Source: an uncultured Bifidobacteriaceae bacterium
Lineage (GTDB): Bacteria; Acidobacteriota; Vicinamibacteria; Vicinamibacterales; UBA2999
DNA length: 60,764 nt
NCBI GenBank assembly: GCA_964619705.1
Contig: CAZUGF010000011.1
Location: 1-60,764 of the forward strand
Reading direction: 5' to 3'
Shown: positions 9,561 through 18,597 of the stretch, in pieces
Numbering within the stretch: position 1 is the stretch's first letter
How the letters are laid out: every line of letters begins with the position of its first letter
Program-made: the position numbers and the translations under genes
Notes under the pieces: model-generated
Database searches by the model: none
Seen by the model: the letters and a program-made list of their open reading frames with translations, nothing else
What the model was told of the DNA's origin: nothing

Positions 9561-11600
9561 TCAGCGGATCTCCTCGATGACCCAGCGGCCCGATGATCGG
9601 CTGAGCGCCAGCGTCTGCCGGCTTTCGACCGTCTGCCGCCGCCCGCGGACGTCGAGTACGTCGCGGCGATTGACGACGACGACGGCGTTGTCGTCCGTGC
9701 GGTCGATGGACGCCACCGTCAGCGCCACCTGCTGGGACGTCACGGCACGGAAGCCCTCCATGAGCCGCCGCTCCTCGTCGCTGGAGAGGTTCGGCTTGAT
9801 GGACCGGAAGAGCGCGATGTCCTTCTGCTCGATCGCGCGCCCGTAGGTGGCCACCACGTTGCGAATGGCTGTCTCGTCCGTCTCTGCCGGGACGGGCGGC
9901 GGCTCCGGCGCGACGGGCTTCGGCGGCTCCACGCGCGCCGGCGGCGGCGCCTCCACCGGTACGGGCGTGACCGGCTGCGCTGACCGTGTCGTCGAGGGTG
10001 CCGTGCCGGTCGCCGGCAACGGCTGCACCTGCACGGGACTCGGCGTCGGCGCGGGGGGCGGCACAACCGGCGGGGGAGCCGGCTCGGGCGCCTGGGCCAC
10101 GCGCGGCGGCGCCGCCTCCGCGGGCCGCGGTGCCGGACGCGCGGCCTCTCGCGACACGCGCTCGCGCGCGGCCGCCTCCCGCTCACGCACGAGGTCCGCC
10201 AGCCGCGAGCCAATCTCGACCACGCTCGGCGCGGACGGATCGAGATCCCGCGCCGCTTCGAGGCTCCGGGCCGTGGCGCTCACGTCTCCGCGCGCGAGAT
10301 CGGCGCGCGCCTGCTCGATGGTTTCTTCGAACCGGGCGAGCATGGCCTGCGCCTCGTCGCGGACACGCGCGGCGTCGGCGCGATCCGGTTCGGCGGCCAG
10401 GATGGCCCCGGCATACGCGAGGGCCGCACGGTAGTTGCGCGCGTCCAGGCTGGCCTGCGCCAGCGCGATGTCCACGGCCGCCCCGGGAGGAGGCGCCGTC
10501 ACCGGCGTCCCACCGCCGGCCTCCGGGATCGTCGTCGTCCGCGGCCAGAACACGTAGGCGCCGGCGAGGACGGCCAGCGCCGCGAGGACCGCGCCCGCCC
10601 TGAGGATCCGCGACGAGGTGGCCGCGCCCGGCGCCGATGCGTGCGACGACGATGCCGCCGCCGAGCCCGCGCTGTTGGCATCCAGGCCCGCCCCGCTCGC
10701 CGAGGATCCCGGATGGGAACGAGAGGTGGCCTCCACCGCTTGCGTGTGGCTGGACTCGATGTCGCGCCGCAGGCGCTTGAGGTCCGCGCGCAGGTCGGCC
10801 GCCGACTGGTAGCGCAGCTCCCGATCCTTCTCCAGGCAGTTGTTGATGACCTCCTGCAGGCGCAGCGGGAGATCCGGGTTGATCGTCACCGGTGCGGCCG
10901 GTGCGCGGTTGAGGATGGCCGCCAGGATCACGGCGGACGTCTTTCCCGGGAACGGATGCCGCCCCGTCGCGCACTCGTAGAGGACCACGCCGAGGGAGAA
11001 GAGATCGGTGCGTCCGTCCAGCTCCTCGCCGGCCGCCTGTTCGGGCGACATGTAGGACACCGTGCCGATGGCAACACCGGCCACGGTCTGGTGCACGACC
11101 TCGTTCGTCGTGCTCGACGTGCCGAGCGTCCGCGTGAGCTTGGCAAGGCCGAAATCCAGGACCTTGACGTGCCCGCGATCGGTCAGGAAGATGTTGCCCG
11201 GCTTGATGTCGCGGTGGATGATCCCGTCGCTGTGCGTTGCGTGCAGGGCGTCGGAGATCTCGATGCCGATGTCCACGAGATGATGGACCTTGAGCGGGCC
11301 GTCCACGAGCCGGTCCCGCAGCGTCCGCCCCTTCATCAGCTCCATGACGATGAAGGGGTGGCCCTCGTCCTCGCCGACGTCGTAGATGGTGCAGATGTTG
11401 GCGTGGTTGAGCGCCGATGCGGCACGCGCCTCGGACCGCAGCCGCTGCATGGCGTGATCGTCGTGCGCGGAATCCTCGGACACGAACTTGAGCGCCACCT
11501 CGCGCCCGAGCCGGACGTCTTCCGCGCGATAGACCACGCCCATACCGCCGGCACCGAGCGGGGCAACGATCCGGTAGTGTGAGAAGGTACGTCCTACCAT
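9561..11600 (-). CDS. Ser/Thr protein kinase with transmembrane segment, helical region, Pro-rich linker and NTF2-like C-terminal domain
   Basis: Start MVGRTFSHYRIV (ATG 11600). Kinase motifs GAGGMGVVY, ALK, HRDIKPGNIF, DFG and SPEQ. TM helix AGAVLAALAVLAGAYVFW. The upstream part of track ORF 9561..12098 is non-coding. Confidence 0.9.
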   Translation of the reverse strand: MVGRTFSHYRIVAPLGAGGMGVVYRAEDVRLGREVALKFVSEDSAHDDHAMQRLRSEARAASALNHANICTIYDVGEDEGHPFIVMELMKGRTLRDRLVDGPLKVHHLVDIGIEISDALHATHSDGIIHRDIKPGNIFLTDRGHVKVLDFGLAKLTRTLGTSSTTNEVVHQTVAGVAIGTVSYMSPEQAAGEELDGRTDLFSLGVVLYECATGRHPFPGKTSAVILAAILNRAPAAPVTINPDLPLRLQEVINNCLEKDRELRYQSAADLRADLKRLRRDIESSHTQAVEATSRSHPGSSASGAGLDANSAGSAAASSSHASAPGAATSSRILRAGAVLAALAVLAGAYVFWPRTTTIPEAGGGTPVTAPPPGAAVDIALAQASLDARNYRAALAYAGAILAAEPDRADAARVRDEAQAMLARFEETIEQARADLARGDVSATARSLEAARDLDPSAPSVVEIGSRLADLVREREAAARERVSREAARPAPRPAEAAPPRVAQAPEPAPPPVVPPPAPTPSPVQVQPLPATGTAPSTTRSAQPVTPVPVEAPPPARVEPPKPVAPEPPPVPAETDETAIRNVVATYGRAIEQKDIALFRSIKPNLSSDEERRLMEGFRAVTSQQVALTVASIDRTDDNAVVVVNRRDVLDVRGRRQTVESRQTLALSRSSGRWVIEEIR

Positions 11601-11808
11601 CACGGGGTCGAGTCTCAGGCGCGTCGTTCGAGCGGCTTCATCATACCCTCCGGCCCCGGAATGGCCCACGCCGGACCACCGGGTCCGCGGGCTGAGCCCC
11701 TGACCATGGTGCGCCGCGGGCGTCGTCCGTTTCGACGGCGCGGCGCGGCCGCCAGGAGCGGATTTTGCTGGCAATAATACGCGTTGCGCGCGAGGGGCAG
11801 TACGATGG

Positions 11809-12618
11809 ATGCCCATGATCAACCCGAGACCCGAGCCTCTTCCTCTCCGCGTCGCCCTTTCTGCCTGTGCCGTCGTCCTCCTCGCCGCCGCGTGCGGCAG
11901 CGACTCGTCCACCCCGACGCCCACAGCCCCCACGCCTCCATCGGTGACCGTGACGGCCCTGACGGTGAACGGCTCGTCACCATTGACTACGCAGGGAGCG
12001 ACGACGCAGTTCACGGCCATCGCGACGCTCTCCAACGGGACCTCGGAGGACCGGACGGCCACGGCCACGTGGATCTCCGACAACCCGGGCGTCGCCACGG
12101 TGTCCGGTCAGGGCCTGGTCGCCGCGGTGGCCAACGGCGCGACGTCCATCACGGCCAGCGTGGGCGAGGTGCGCGGCAGCCGCTCGATCGCCGTCAGCAT
12201 CCCCAACCGCACGCCGGACCCGCCGGCCGGACAGCGCATTCCGATGCCGGACGTCCGGGATTTCGTGACGGCGGCCTCCAACGCACGCCCGGACCTGATG
12301 GCCCAGTCCTGCAACGCCGGCATCAAGTACGTGACCAACCCGTGGCTCGACTACATGGTGGACCAGTTGCGCACGCTCGACACGCGCTGGGGCTACAACG
12401 CCAAGCCGACGCGCACCGCGGCGGACAACGAGGGCGTGCCTGTAGTGGCAGCCGGCGACGAGGTGGCCTATCACTACGGCGCCGGCCCGGACCAGGGGTC
12501 CACGGAGGTCTACCTGATCGACATCCTGCAGAACCACTGCGGGCCCACACCTGTCGTGACCTACCGCGTGTTCACGGGCGAGGAGCCGGGACGCTGGACG
12601 GGCGCGGGGAGGTTTTAG
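11809..12618 (+). CDS. Lipoprotein with bacterial Ig-like (Big_2) domain
   Basis: Lipobox LLAAAC, a Thr/Pro linker, then a Big_2-like segment (TALTVNG...TTQFTAIATLSNGT..DRTATATWISDNPGVATVS..GLVAAVANGATSITAS). Confidence 0.8.
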   Translation: MPMINPRPEPLPLRVALSACAVVLLAAACGSDSSTPTPTAPTPPSVTVTALTVNGSSPLTTQGATTQFTAIATLSNGTSEDRTATATWISDNPGVATVSGQGLVAAVANGATSITASVGEVRGSRSIAVSIPNRTPDPPAGQRIPMPDVRDFVTAASNARPDLMAQSCNAGIKYVTNPWLDYMVDQLRTLDTRWGYNAKPTRTAADNEGVPVVAAGDEVAYHYGAGPDQGSTEVYLIDILQNHCGPTPVVTYRVFTGEEPGRWTGAGRF

Positions 12619-12880
12619 GGGGGAAGGTGCTGGGGAGGTGCTGGGGAGGTGCTGGGGAGGTTCGGGGAGGTTCGGGGAGGTGCTGGGGAGGTGCTGGGGA
12701 GGTTCGGGGAGGTTCGGGGAGGTTCAGCACGGTCCCAGCTTCCGGCACCTTCCGGCACCTTCCGGCACCTTCCGGACCTTCCCGCACCTCCCCGCACCTC
12801 CCCGCACCTCCCCGCACCTCCCCGCACCTTCCCGAACCTCCCCGAACCTCCCCGAACCTCCCAGAACCCTCCCCGAACCC
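12606..12880. repeat. Inverted array of tandem 10-11-bp repeats: G-rich units followed by their C-rich complements
   Basis: Left arm: about 10 units GGGGAGGTGCT / GGGGAGGTTC (12619-12724). Centre: CAGCACGGTCCCAGC. Right arm: TTCCGGCACC x3, TCCCCGCACC x4-5, TCCCCGAACC x3-5 (12741-12880). It begins inside the stop region of the preceding CDS. Confidence 0.95.
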
Positions 12881-12965
12881 TGAGAAACGCCGGGAAGCTG
12901 TTGGGAGCGTTCGCCGATCCCGTGACATCATCAGTCGATTGTCACACCCGCAGGGAGAGACTCGC

Positions 12966-13385
12966 GTGTCCAGCACCGTCCGTTCCACCGCCTGGCGCCG
13001 GCTGACCGCAGCCGCGGCCGTCGTCGTCAGCATGGCCTGCACACCGTCGGCGGGAGAGGGGCGCGATGTGCCCGTCGCCGGCGCGGCGCAGCGTGATGGC
13101 CAGGTGCTGGTCATCGACCACGTGGCGCCGGAGCGGGACTCCACCGGCCGCGCCCCGGTGCGATTCGAGTGGACACCGGCCCCGGGCGCCGATCGGTACG
13201 CCATCGGCATCTGGGACGAGGTGGATCGCCTGATCTGGCGGCGCGACGACGTCCAGGCGACGTCTGTCGCGCGGCCCGACGATCTGCTCCTCGAGCCGGG
13301 CACTTATTTCTGGTCTGTCTCGGCGCTGAGCGGCGGCCGCCAGATCGCCGAGTCCGGGCTCTCCGCGTTCGTCGTCACCGAATGA
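12966..13385 (+). CDS. Small lipoprotein with FN3/Ig-like fold signature
   Basis: GTG start after AGGGAGAG Shine-Dalgarno. Signal and lipobox AAAVVVSMAC. Motifs RFEWTPAPGADRYAIGIWD...PGTYFWSVSA. In frame with track ORF 11784..13385, whose upstream part is not coding. Confidence 0.6.
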   Translation: MSSTVRSTAWRRLTAAAAVVVSMACTPSAGEGRDVPVAGAAQRDGQVLVIDHVAPERDSTGRAPVRFEWTPAPGADRYAIGIWDEVDRLIWRRDDVQATSVARPDDLLLEPGTYFWSVSALSGGRQIAESGLSAFVVTE

Positions 13386-13476
13386 GGCGTCGCGCCGGCG
13401 TCTCGGCGCGCATCCGCCGCGCGGCGGTGTCCCACGCGTCCCTTCCGCACGTCGCCCGCTATAATCGGGACTGCTG

Positions 13477-14433
13477 ATGGATGCCGAGAGTCTCGATCGG
13501 ATGTGGCACCTCGTGCTGGGCGCCGCACGCTGGTCGGAGCGGCTGAGTCAGTCCGCGGAGCCCGCCGCGTTCACCCAGGACGACGATGGCGAACTGCAGC
13601 CGCCGAGCGGGGATGCGGCGGCCGTGCTCGACTGGGATCCGGCCACCGGCTGGACGACAAGGTTCGCGGAGGACGATCCGCGCCGCGCGTTCGCGGATCT
13701 CTACCTGCCGCTCGCCGGCGCCACCACGCAGCGGCCGCTGACGATCGGACACCTGGGCCAGAGCCTCGACGGCTTCATCGCCACGCGCGCGGGTGAGTCG
13801 CGCTACGTGACCGGCGGCGAGAACATCGTCCACCTCCACCGCCTGCGCGCGCTGAGCGATGCCGTCGTCGTCGGTGCGGGGACCGTGGCCGCGGACGATC
13901 CGCAGCTCACGACACGCCTGGTCCGCGGACCGAACCCCCTGCGCGTCGTCGTCGATCCGGGCCGGCGCCTCGATGACCGCCACCGCATCCTGAGGGACAC
14001 GGACGCCGACACGCTCTACATGTGCTCCCGATCGCTGATGCGTCCCGGCGAAGCGCGCTTCGGCCGCGCCCTCATCGTCGGGCTGGAGGATCATCCCGAG
14101 GGCCCGGGCGACATCAACGCGGCGGCTGTCATGGCCGCGCTGCGGGCGCGCGGGTGCCATCGCGTGTTCGTGGAAGGCGGCGGCGTCACCGTGTCCGCGT
14201 TCCTGGAGGCGCGGCTCCTCGATCGGCTGCACGTGGCCATCGCGCCGCTGCTCATCGGCGACGGCCGTCCGGCGATCCGCCTGGCCACGCGCGACGTCCT
14301 CGGGGAGTGCCCGCGTCCCGCCTATCGCGTGTTCCGCATGGGCGGGGACGTGCTCTTCGATTGCGACCTGACCGCCGCCCAGGCGCCGGCCGGCGACGTC
14401 GATGGCCACGCGCCGGTCCAGCGCGTCATCTGA
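13477..14433 (+). CDS. RibD C-terminal-domain reductase family protein with an N-terminal extension of about 80 aa
   Basis: GHLGQSLDGFIATRAGESRYVTG, LHRLRALSDAVVVGAGTVAADDPQLT, VFVEGGGVTVSAFL, LHVAIAPLLIGDG: pyrimidine reductase / DHFR-like pattern. TATAAT at 13460-13465, just upstream. Confidence 0.85.
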   Translation: MDAESLDRMWHLVLGAARWSERLSQSAEPAAFTQDDDGELQPPSGDAAAVLDWDPATGWTTRFAEDDPRRAFADLYLPLAGATTQRPLTIGHLGQSLDGFIATRAGESRYVTGGENIVHLHRLRALSDAVVVGAGTVAADDPQLTTRLVRGPNPLRVVVDPGRRLDDRHRILRDTDADTLYMCSRSLMRPGEARFGRALIVGLEDHPEGPGDINAAAVMAALRARGCHRVFVEGGGVTVSAFLEARLLDRLHVAIAPLLIGDGRPAIRLATRDVLGECPRPAYRVFRMGGDVLFDCDLTAAQAPAGDVDGHAPVQRVI

Positions 14434-15334
14434 CGGGCGCGCCCGGCGGCGACGCGGCAATGTCGGTGTGCCCGACGACGAGCGTCGAGCGGCCGTCCTC
14501 GATGTGCGTCGTGCGCCGCCGTCCCCACGCGCGGACGCGCGCGTCCTGTTCCGGGGCGATGGCGGCAGCGGCCTCAATCCAGCCGCCGACGAGCGCCGCC
14601 TGCAGCGTCGAGTGGCGCGCGTTCAGCACCCAGTCGGACGGTGCGCTCCACACCGCGTAGCCGGCAGCGGCCAGACACTGCAGGGCCCGCGGCGCGGCCT
14701 CCGGTCCCATGGCCGTCCCGAGCCCCTTGTCCGTCTGCTGGTGCCGGTTGACGAGCGTCCGGACCAGCTCGTCGTCCGGATCCTCGGGCGTGCACTGCAC
14801 GCGCCCGTCGTAGTTGAGCGCAAAGAGCACGTGCGCCCCGTCGCGGCGGCACTGCGCGGCCACGGCCTCGAACCACTCGGCGGAGACCAGGTCGAGCAGG
14901 GCGGATGCCGTGACCAGGTGATGACCATCCACGAGATCATCGGCCGCGCCGGTCAGGCCCAGGTGGCGCACGGACGTGGACAGGCGCCAGTGCAGCCCGT
15001 CCCCGTGGATGTCGATGCCGGGACCGGTCCGGTCAGCCGTGCGCGTGACCGAGAGCGCGCGGGATGCGGCCCATGCGTGCAGACGGCCGGGCAGGGCGTC
15101 GAGCAGGCCGGCATCGTGGTCGACGAGACGCCAGGCCTGGCGAGGCGCGCCGAGGCGCTCGGCCAGGTAGCGCAGGTTGGCGCCGGTCCCGGCGCCGAGA
15201 TCGAGCACGCGCAGGGGCGAGGATGCGGGCGCGTGGGTTGTCAGCGCGCGTGCGAGACTGCCGGTGAGGCTTGTCGATCGCGCCGCCTCGTCCACCGGTT
15301 CGCGCAGGCTCAGCCAGTCAGCGCTGAAGGTCAT
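14426..15334 (-). CDS. Class I SAM-dependent methyltransferase
   Basis: Start MTFSADWLSLREP (ATG 15334). SAM motif I VLDLGAGTGAN. Its 5' end overlaps the glycosyltransferase stop by 17 nt, and its 3' end overlaps the convergent reductase gene by 8 nt. Confidence 0.8.
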   Translation of the reverse strand: MTFSADWLSLREPVDEAARSTSLTGSLARALTTHAPASSPLRVLDLGAGTGANLRYLAERLGAPRQAWRLVDHDAGLLDALPGRLHAWAASRALSVTRTADRTGPGIDIHGDGLHWRLSTSVRHLGLTGAADDLVDGHHLVTASALLDLVSAEWFEAVAAQCRRDGAHVLFALNYDGRVQCTPEDPDDELVRTLVNRHQQTDKGLGTAMGPEAAPRALQCLAAAGYAVWSAPSDWVLNARHSTLQAALVGGWIEAAAAIAPEQDARVRAWGRRRTTHIEDGRSTLVVGHTDIAASPPGAPVR

Positions 15335-16382
15335 CGGCGCCAATCCGCTGGAGGACGCCGTCCAGGGCCGCGGCCTGCGTGTCCCAGTCCGGGAGCCGTC
15401 CGCGCATCTCCCGTGCGCCGCGGGCCAGACGCTCGCGCGCCGATCCATCCGTGATGACGAGCGACAACGCGTCGGCGAGCACGCCCACGCGTCCCGGCGG
15501 CACCATCAGCCCGGCGACATCGCTGAGGATGCCCGGGATGGCGCCGACCGGCGTGCTGACCACCGGCAGCCCGCGCGCGACCGCTTCCGCCACGGCCATC
15601 CCGTAGCCCTCGTACCGTGTGGGGAGGACGAAGACGTCCGCCTTGTCGTAGCAGGCGGCCAGCGCGTCCTCCCGCGCTTCGCCGGCGAGCGTCACGCGGT
15701 GATCGAGGCCCCAGGTGCGGAGGAGCTGCCGCTGGCGTTCCACGAACACGGGGTCGCGCGTGAGGCTGCCGACGCACGTCAGGTGCCACGAGAGCCCCGT
15801 GAGCGTGGACAGCGCGCGGAAGAGCGTGTCGTGTCCCTTGCGGGGCGTCATCGTGGCCACGGAGAGCAGCGCCGGCTCGGTGCCGTCCGTTCCGGTGGCC
15901 AGCGGCGCGGGGTCGGTCCCGGGCTCGATCGCCACGATGCGTTCGGGGGCCACGCCGTAGTCCGCCAGGGAGGCGGCCGTCACCGGGCTGGTCACGATGA
16001 TGGCGCGTGCGACGGCGAGCGCCCGCCGCTCGCTGTCCGCGAGACGCGTGGCCTTGATCGAGGGGAGTCCCGTCTCGGCCGCGAGTGGATGGTGGACGAG
16101 GGCGACGAGACGCAGCCGCGGCGCTTCGCGCGCAACCTCTTCCGGCATGCCGCCGTACGCCAGGCCGTCGACCAGCACGAGGCCGCCGTCGGGGATGCCG
16201 GCCATGATGGCTGCCGCCTCTTCCCGGGCGCGGACGGTGGGGAAGGGGAAGCTGTCGTCCAGTTCTCGGATGGAGACGGTCCACCCCCGCGCGCGCAGAC
16301 CGGCTGCCATGCGGCGGTCGTAGGCGTAGCCGCCTGTCAGCGTGTCGAGGCGGCCCGGGACGAGCAGCACGAGCGAGGTCAT
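15318..16382 (-). CDS. GT-B fold glycosyltransferase (GT4-like)
   Basis: Start MTSLVLLVPGRLDTLTGGY (ATG 16382). E-x7-E motif EGYGMAVAEAVARGLPVV. RKGHDTL region. Confidence 0.85.
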   Translation of the reverse strand: MTSLVLLVPGRLDTLTGGYAYDRRMAAGLRARGWTVSIRELDDSFPFPTVRAREEAAAIMAGIPDGGLVLVDGLAYGGMPEEVAREAPRLRLVALVHHPLAAETGLPSIKATRLADSERRALAVARAIIVTSPVTAASLADYGVAPERIVAIEPGTDPAPLATGTDGTEPALLSVATMTPRKGHDTLFRALSTLTGLSWHLTCVGSLTRDPVFVERQRQLLRTWGLDHRVTLAGEAREDALAACYDKADVFVLPTRYEGYGMAVAEAVARGLPVVSTPVGAIPGILSDVAGLMVPPGRVGVLADALSLVITDGSARERLARGAREMRGRLPDWDTQAAALDGVLQRIGADDLQR

Positions 16383-16407
16383 CGCGCGGTTTTCGCTTTC
16401 TCGCGTC

Positions 16408-16806
16408 CTAGACGCGGTTCTCGTACGAGGCGGATGCCACGTGCGACTCGTGCAGCGTGACGCGCAGGCTCTCGACGGCGTAGCCGCCAGGGCCGAGCCG
16501 GTCCTGCCTGATGGCCGCCACCATGCGATCGAAGATCTCGCGTGCGATGGCCTCGGTGGTGGAGTTCCGCCCGGCAAACGCGGGTTCGTCGTCGAGGTTC
16601 CGGTAGCTGAGATCCGCGAGGACGGCGCGCAGCGCATCGGTGGCCTTGCCGATGTCCACGACAATGCCGTCCTCGTCGAGGTCCGGCCGGCGGAGCTCGA
16701 GATCGACCACGTAGGTGGCGCCGTGCAGGCGCTGGGCGGGCCCGAAGACGTCGCCGCGGAAGCTGTGGGCGATCATGATGTGGTCACGGACGGTCACGGT
16801 GTACAT
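16408..16806 (-). CDS. 6-pyruvoyl-tetrahydropterin synthase / QueD family (COG0720) protein, atypical active site
   Basis: 132 aa. IAHSF..(x)..[15 protein letters not shown] aligns by eye to E. coli QueD AAHRL..KCGRLHGHSFMVRLEI. VVDIG and LHES segments are also conserved. Confidence 0.85.
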   Translation of the reverse strand: MYTVTVRDHIMIAHSFRGDVFGPAQRLHGATYVVDLELRRPDLDEDGIVVDIGKATDALRAVLADLSYRNLDDEPAFAGRNSTTEAIAREIFDRMVAAIRQDRLGPGGYAVESLRVTLHESHVASASYENRV

Positions 16807-16857
16807 GGGGAACGGGTCTCCCGCGCCGCAGGGGGGCGGCGCGTGCTGGTTGATGCC

Positions 16858-17832
16858 TCAGTAGCGTATCCGGTGACAGAGCGCGGCGGAAGACGGTTTT
16901 GCGAGGGACGCCATCACCGCCGGCAGGTCGTCGAAGGGGCTCTCCCCGGAGATCAGGACGTCCAGCTCGTCGTGGACGAGCAGCGAGAGCGCCAGCGCCA
17001 TGCGCCGCCGCGTGTCCCATCGGCGCCGCTGCACCGGCGACACCGTCCCGACCTGTGAGGACTGCAGGCGGAGTCTGCGGGCGTGGAACGCCCGGCCGAG
17101 CGGCAGGGCCACCTCTCGGTCGCCATACCAACTGAGCTCGGTGATCGTCGCCTCGTCCCCGGCAACGTCGAACGCGAGCGCGAGGCCTTCCTGCGACGCG
17201 CTGGCGTGAATGACGATGTCGGCGTCCGGTGCGACGCGGCCGGGAGGGACGAAGGCGACGCCCAACGCCCGGGCCGCGGCCTCGCGGGCCGGGTTGACGT
17301 CCACCAGTTCCACCGCGCAGCCGGGCATGCGCCCCGCCAGCCACGCGCAGAGACAGCCGACGGCGCCGCCGCCGATCACGACGACCCGGTCGCCCACGTG
17401 GACGTCCGCGTCCCAGACGGCGTTGACGGCCGTCTCCAGGTTGGCGGCCAGCACGGCACGGCCCGCCGGGACGGCGTCCGGAACGAGGGCGGCGGAGGTT
17501 GCGGGCACGACATAGCGGGTCTGGTGTGGATGGAGCACGAACACCGTGCGGCCAACCAGGCCCGGCGGTCCTTCCTCGACGTCGCCGACGCTGGCGTAGC
17601 CGTACTTGACCGGGGCGGGGAAGTCCCCCTGCTGGAAGGGCGCGCGCATGCGCGCGTGCTCGCTGTCGGGCACGCGGCCCGTGAAGACAAGCGACTCGGT
17701 GCCGCGGCTGACGCCGCTGAAGCGGGTGCGGATCAGGACGTCCCCGCTGCCGGGCGCCGCGAGGGACTCGTCCCGAATCTCGCCGTGTCCCGGCGCGGCA
17801 ATCCAGAACGCACGGGCGCCATGATCGAGCAT
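16858..17832 (-). CDS. Zinc-type medium-chain dehydrogenase/reductase (MDR) family protein
   Basis: Start MLDHGARAFW (ATG 17832) inside track ORF 16858..18315. GVSRGTE, Rossmann VIGGGAVGCLCAWLA, GVAFV. Confidence 0.85.
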   Translation of the reverse strand: MLDHGARAFWIAAPGHGEIRDESLAAPGSGDVLIRTRFSGVSRGTESLVFTGRVPDSEHARMRAPFQQGDFPAPVKYGYASVGDVEEGPPGLVGRTVFVLHPHQTRYVVPATSAALVPDAVPAGRAVLAANLETAVNAVWDADVHVGDRVVVIGGGAVGCLCAWLAGRMPGCAVELVDVNPAREAAARALGVAFVPPGRVAPDADIVIHASASQEGLALAFDVAGDEATITELSWYGDREVALPLGRAFHARRLRLQSSQVGTVSPVQRRRWDTRRRMALALSLLVHDELDVLISGESPFDDLPAVMASLAKPSSAALCHRIRY

Positions 17833-18597
17833 CCGTTCATTCTGGTGCCTCCACCGCCACGTTACAATCCCGTCAGGGTGCAGGCGCGGAATCGGGAAGC
17901 CGTCGTGACAGGGGTGGCGGCGCTCGCGGGCACCGTGGCGCTGGCCGCTGCCGTGCGCGGGCCGCTCGCGCTCGGTGACGCCTATGTCCCGACGGCCGCG
18001 GCGGGCCTGGCCGTCGTGCTGGCCGTGATGCTCGCCGGCATCGGCTCCCATCCCCAGGCCCGATTCGGCGCGGCGAACCGCGTGACGCTCGGCCGTGCGG
18101 CCCTCGTGTCGCTCCTGGCTGCCGCGATCGCGCAGCAGCCCTCGCCGGCTCTCGGGGCGGCCATTGCGGCCACCTCGCTGGTGGCCGCGCTGCTCGACGG
18201 CGTCGATGGATGGCTCGCGCGGCGTTCGGGGACCGCCAGCCGGTTCGGCGCCCGATTCGACATGGAGATCGACGCGCTCCTCATCCTGGTGCTGTCCGTG
18301 CTGGTGTGGCGGCACGGTCGCGCGGGGATGTGGATCCTCCTGGCGGGACTCCTGCGCTACCTGTTCGTCGCCGCCGGGTGGCTGCTTCCGTGGATGCGGA
18401 AGCCGCTGCCGCCGAGCGTCAGGCGACAGGCGATCTGCGTGGTGCAGATTGGCGGTCTCATCCTGGCGATGGCGCCGTTCGTGCCGCGCGAGACGGGCGT
18501 GGCGGCCGCGGCCATCTCGCTGGCCGCGCTGGCGGGTTCCTTTGCGGTGGATACGGCGTGGCTGGCCCGCTCAGACCGAGGAGAGCAGGTGGCCTAG
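17821..18597 (+). CDS. CDP-alcohol phosphatidyltransferase family membrane protein
   Basis: Signature D-G-x2-A-R-x8-G-x3-D-x3-D is present as DGWLARRSGTASRFGARFDMEID. Multiple TM helices. Start is uncertain: the ATG at 17821 would overlap the divergent MDR start by 12 nt. Confidence 0.8.
   Translation: MIEHPFILVPPPPRYNPVRVQARNREAVVTGVAALAGTVALAAAVRGPLALGDAYVPTAAAGLAVVLAVMLAGIGSHPQARFGAANRVTLGRAALVSLLAAAIAQQPSPALGAAIAATSLVAALLDGVDGWLARRSGTASRFGARFDMEIDALLILVLSVLVWRHGRAGMWILLAGLLRYLFVAAGWLLPWMRKPLPPSVRRQAICVVQIGGLILAMAPFVPRETGVAAAAISLAALAGSFAVDTAWLARSDRGEQVA

Noticed and set aside
6834-9596. 920-aa plus-strand ORF spanning the GNAT, amidohydrolase and outer-membrane protein loci
   Set aside because: Extremely Arg/Ala/Gly/Asp-rich low-complexity translation with no motifs. 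It lies antisense to three well-supported minus-strand genes. This is a typical high-GC shadow ORF.
12606-12880. Possible CRISPR array
   Set aside because: The units are only 10-11 bp and directly abut each other without unique spacers. The second half is the complement of the first. No cas genes are nearby.
12572-13005. Track ORFs reading through the repeat array as Pro-rich or Gly-rich proteins (for example PHLPAPPRTSPHLP..., GEVRGGAGEVLG...)
   Set aside because: Every frame on both strands is open across the array simply because the repeats lack stop codons. The downstream gene has its own Shine-Dalgarno, GTG start and signal peptide at 12966.
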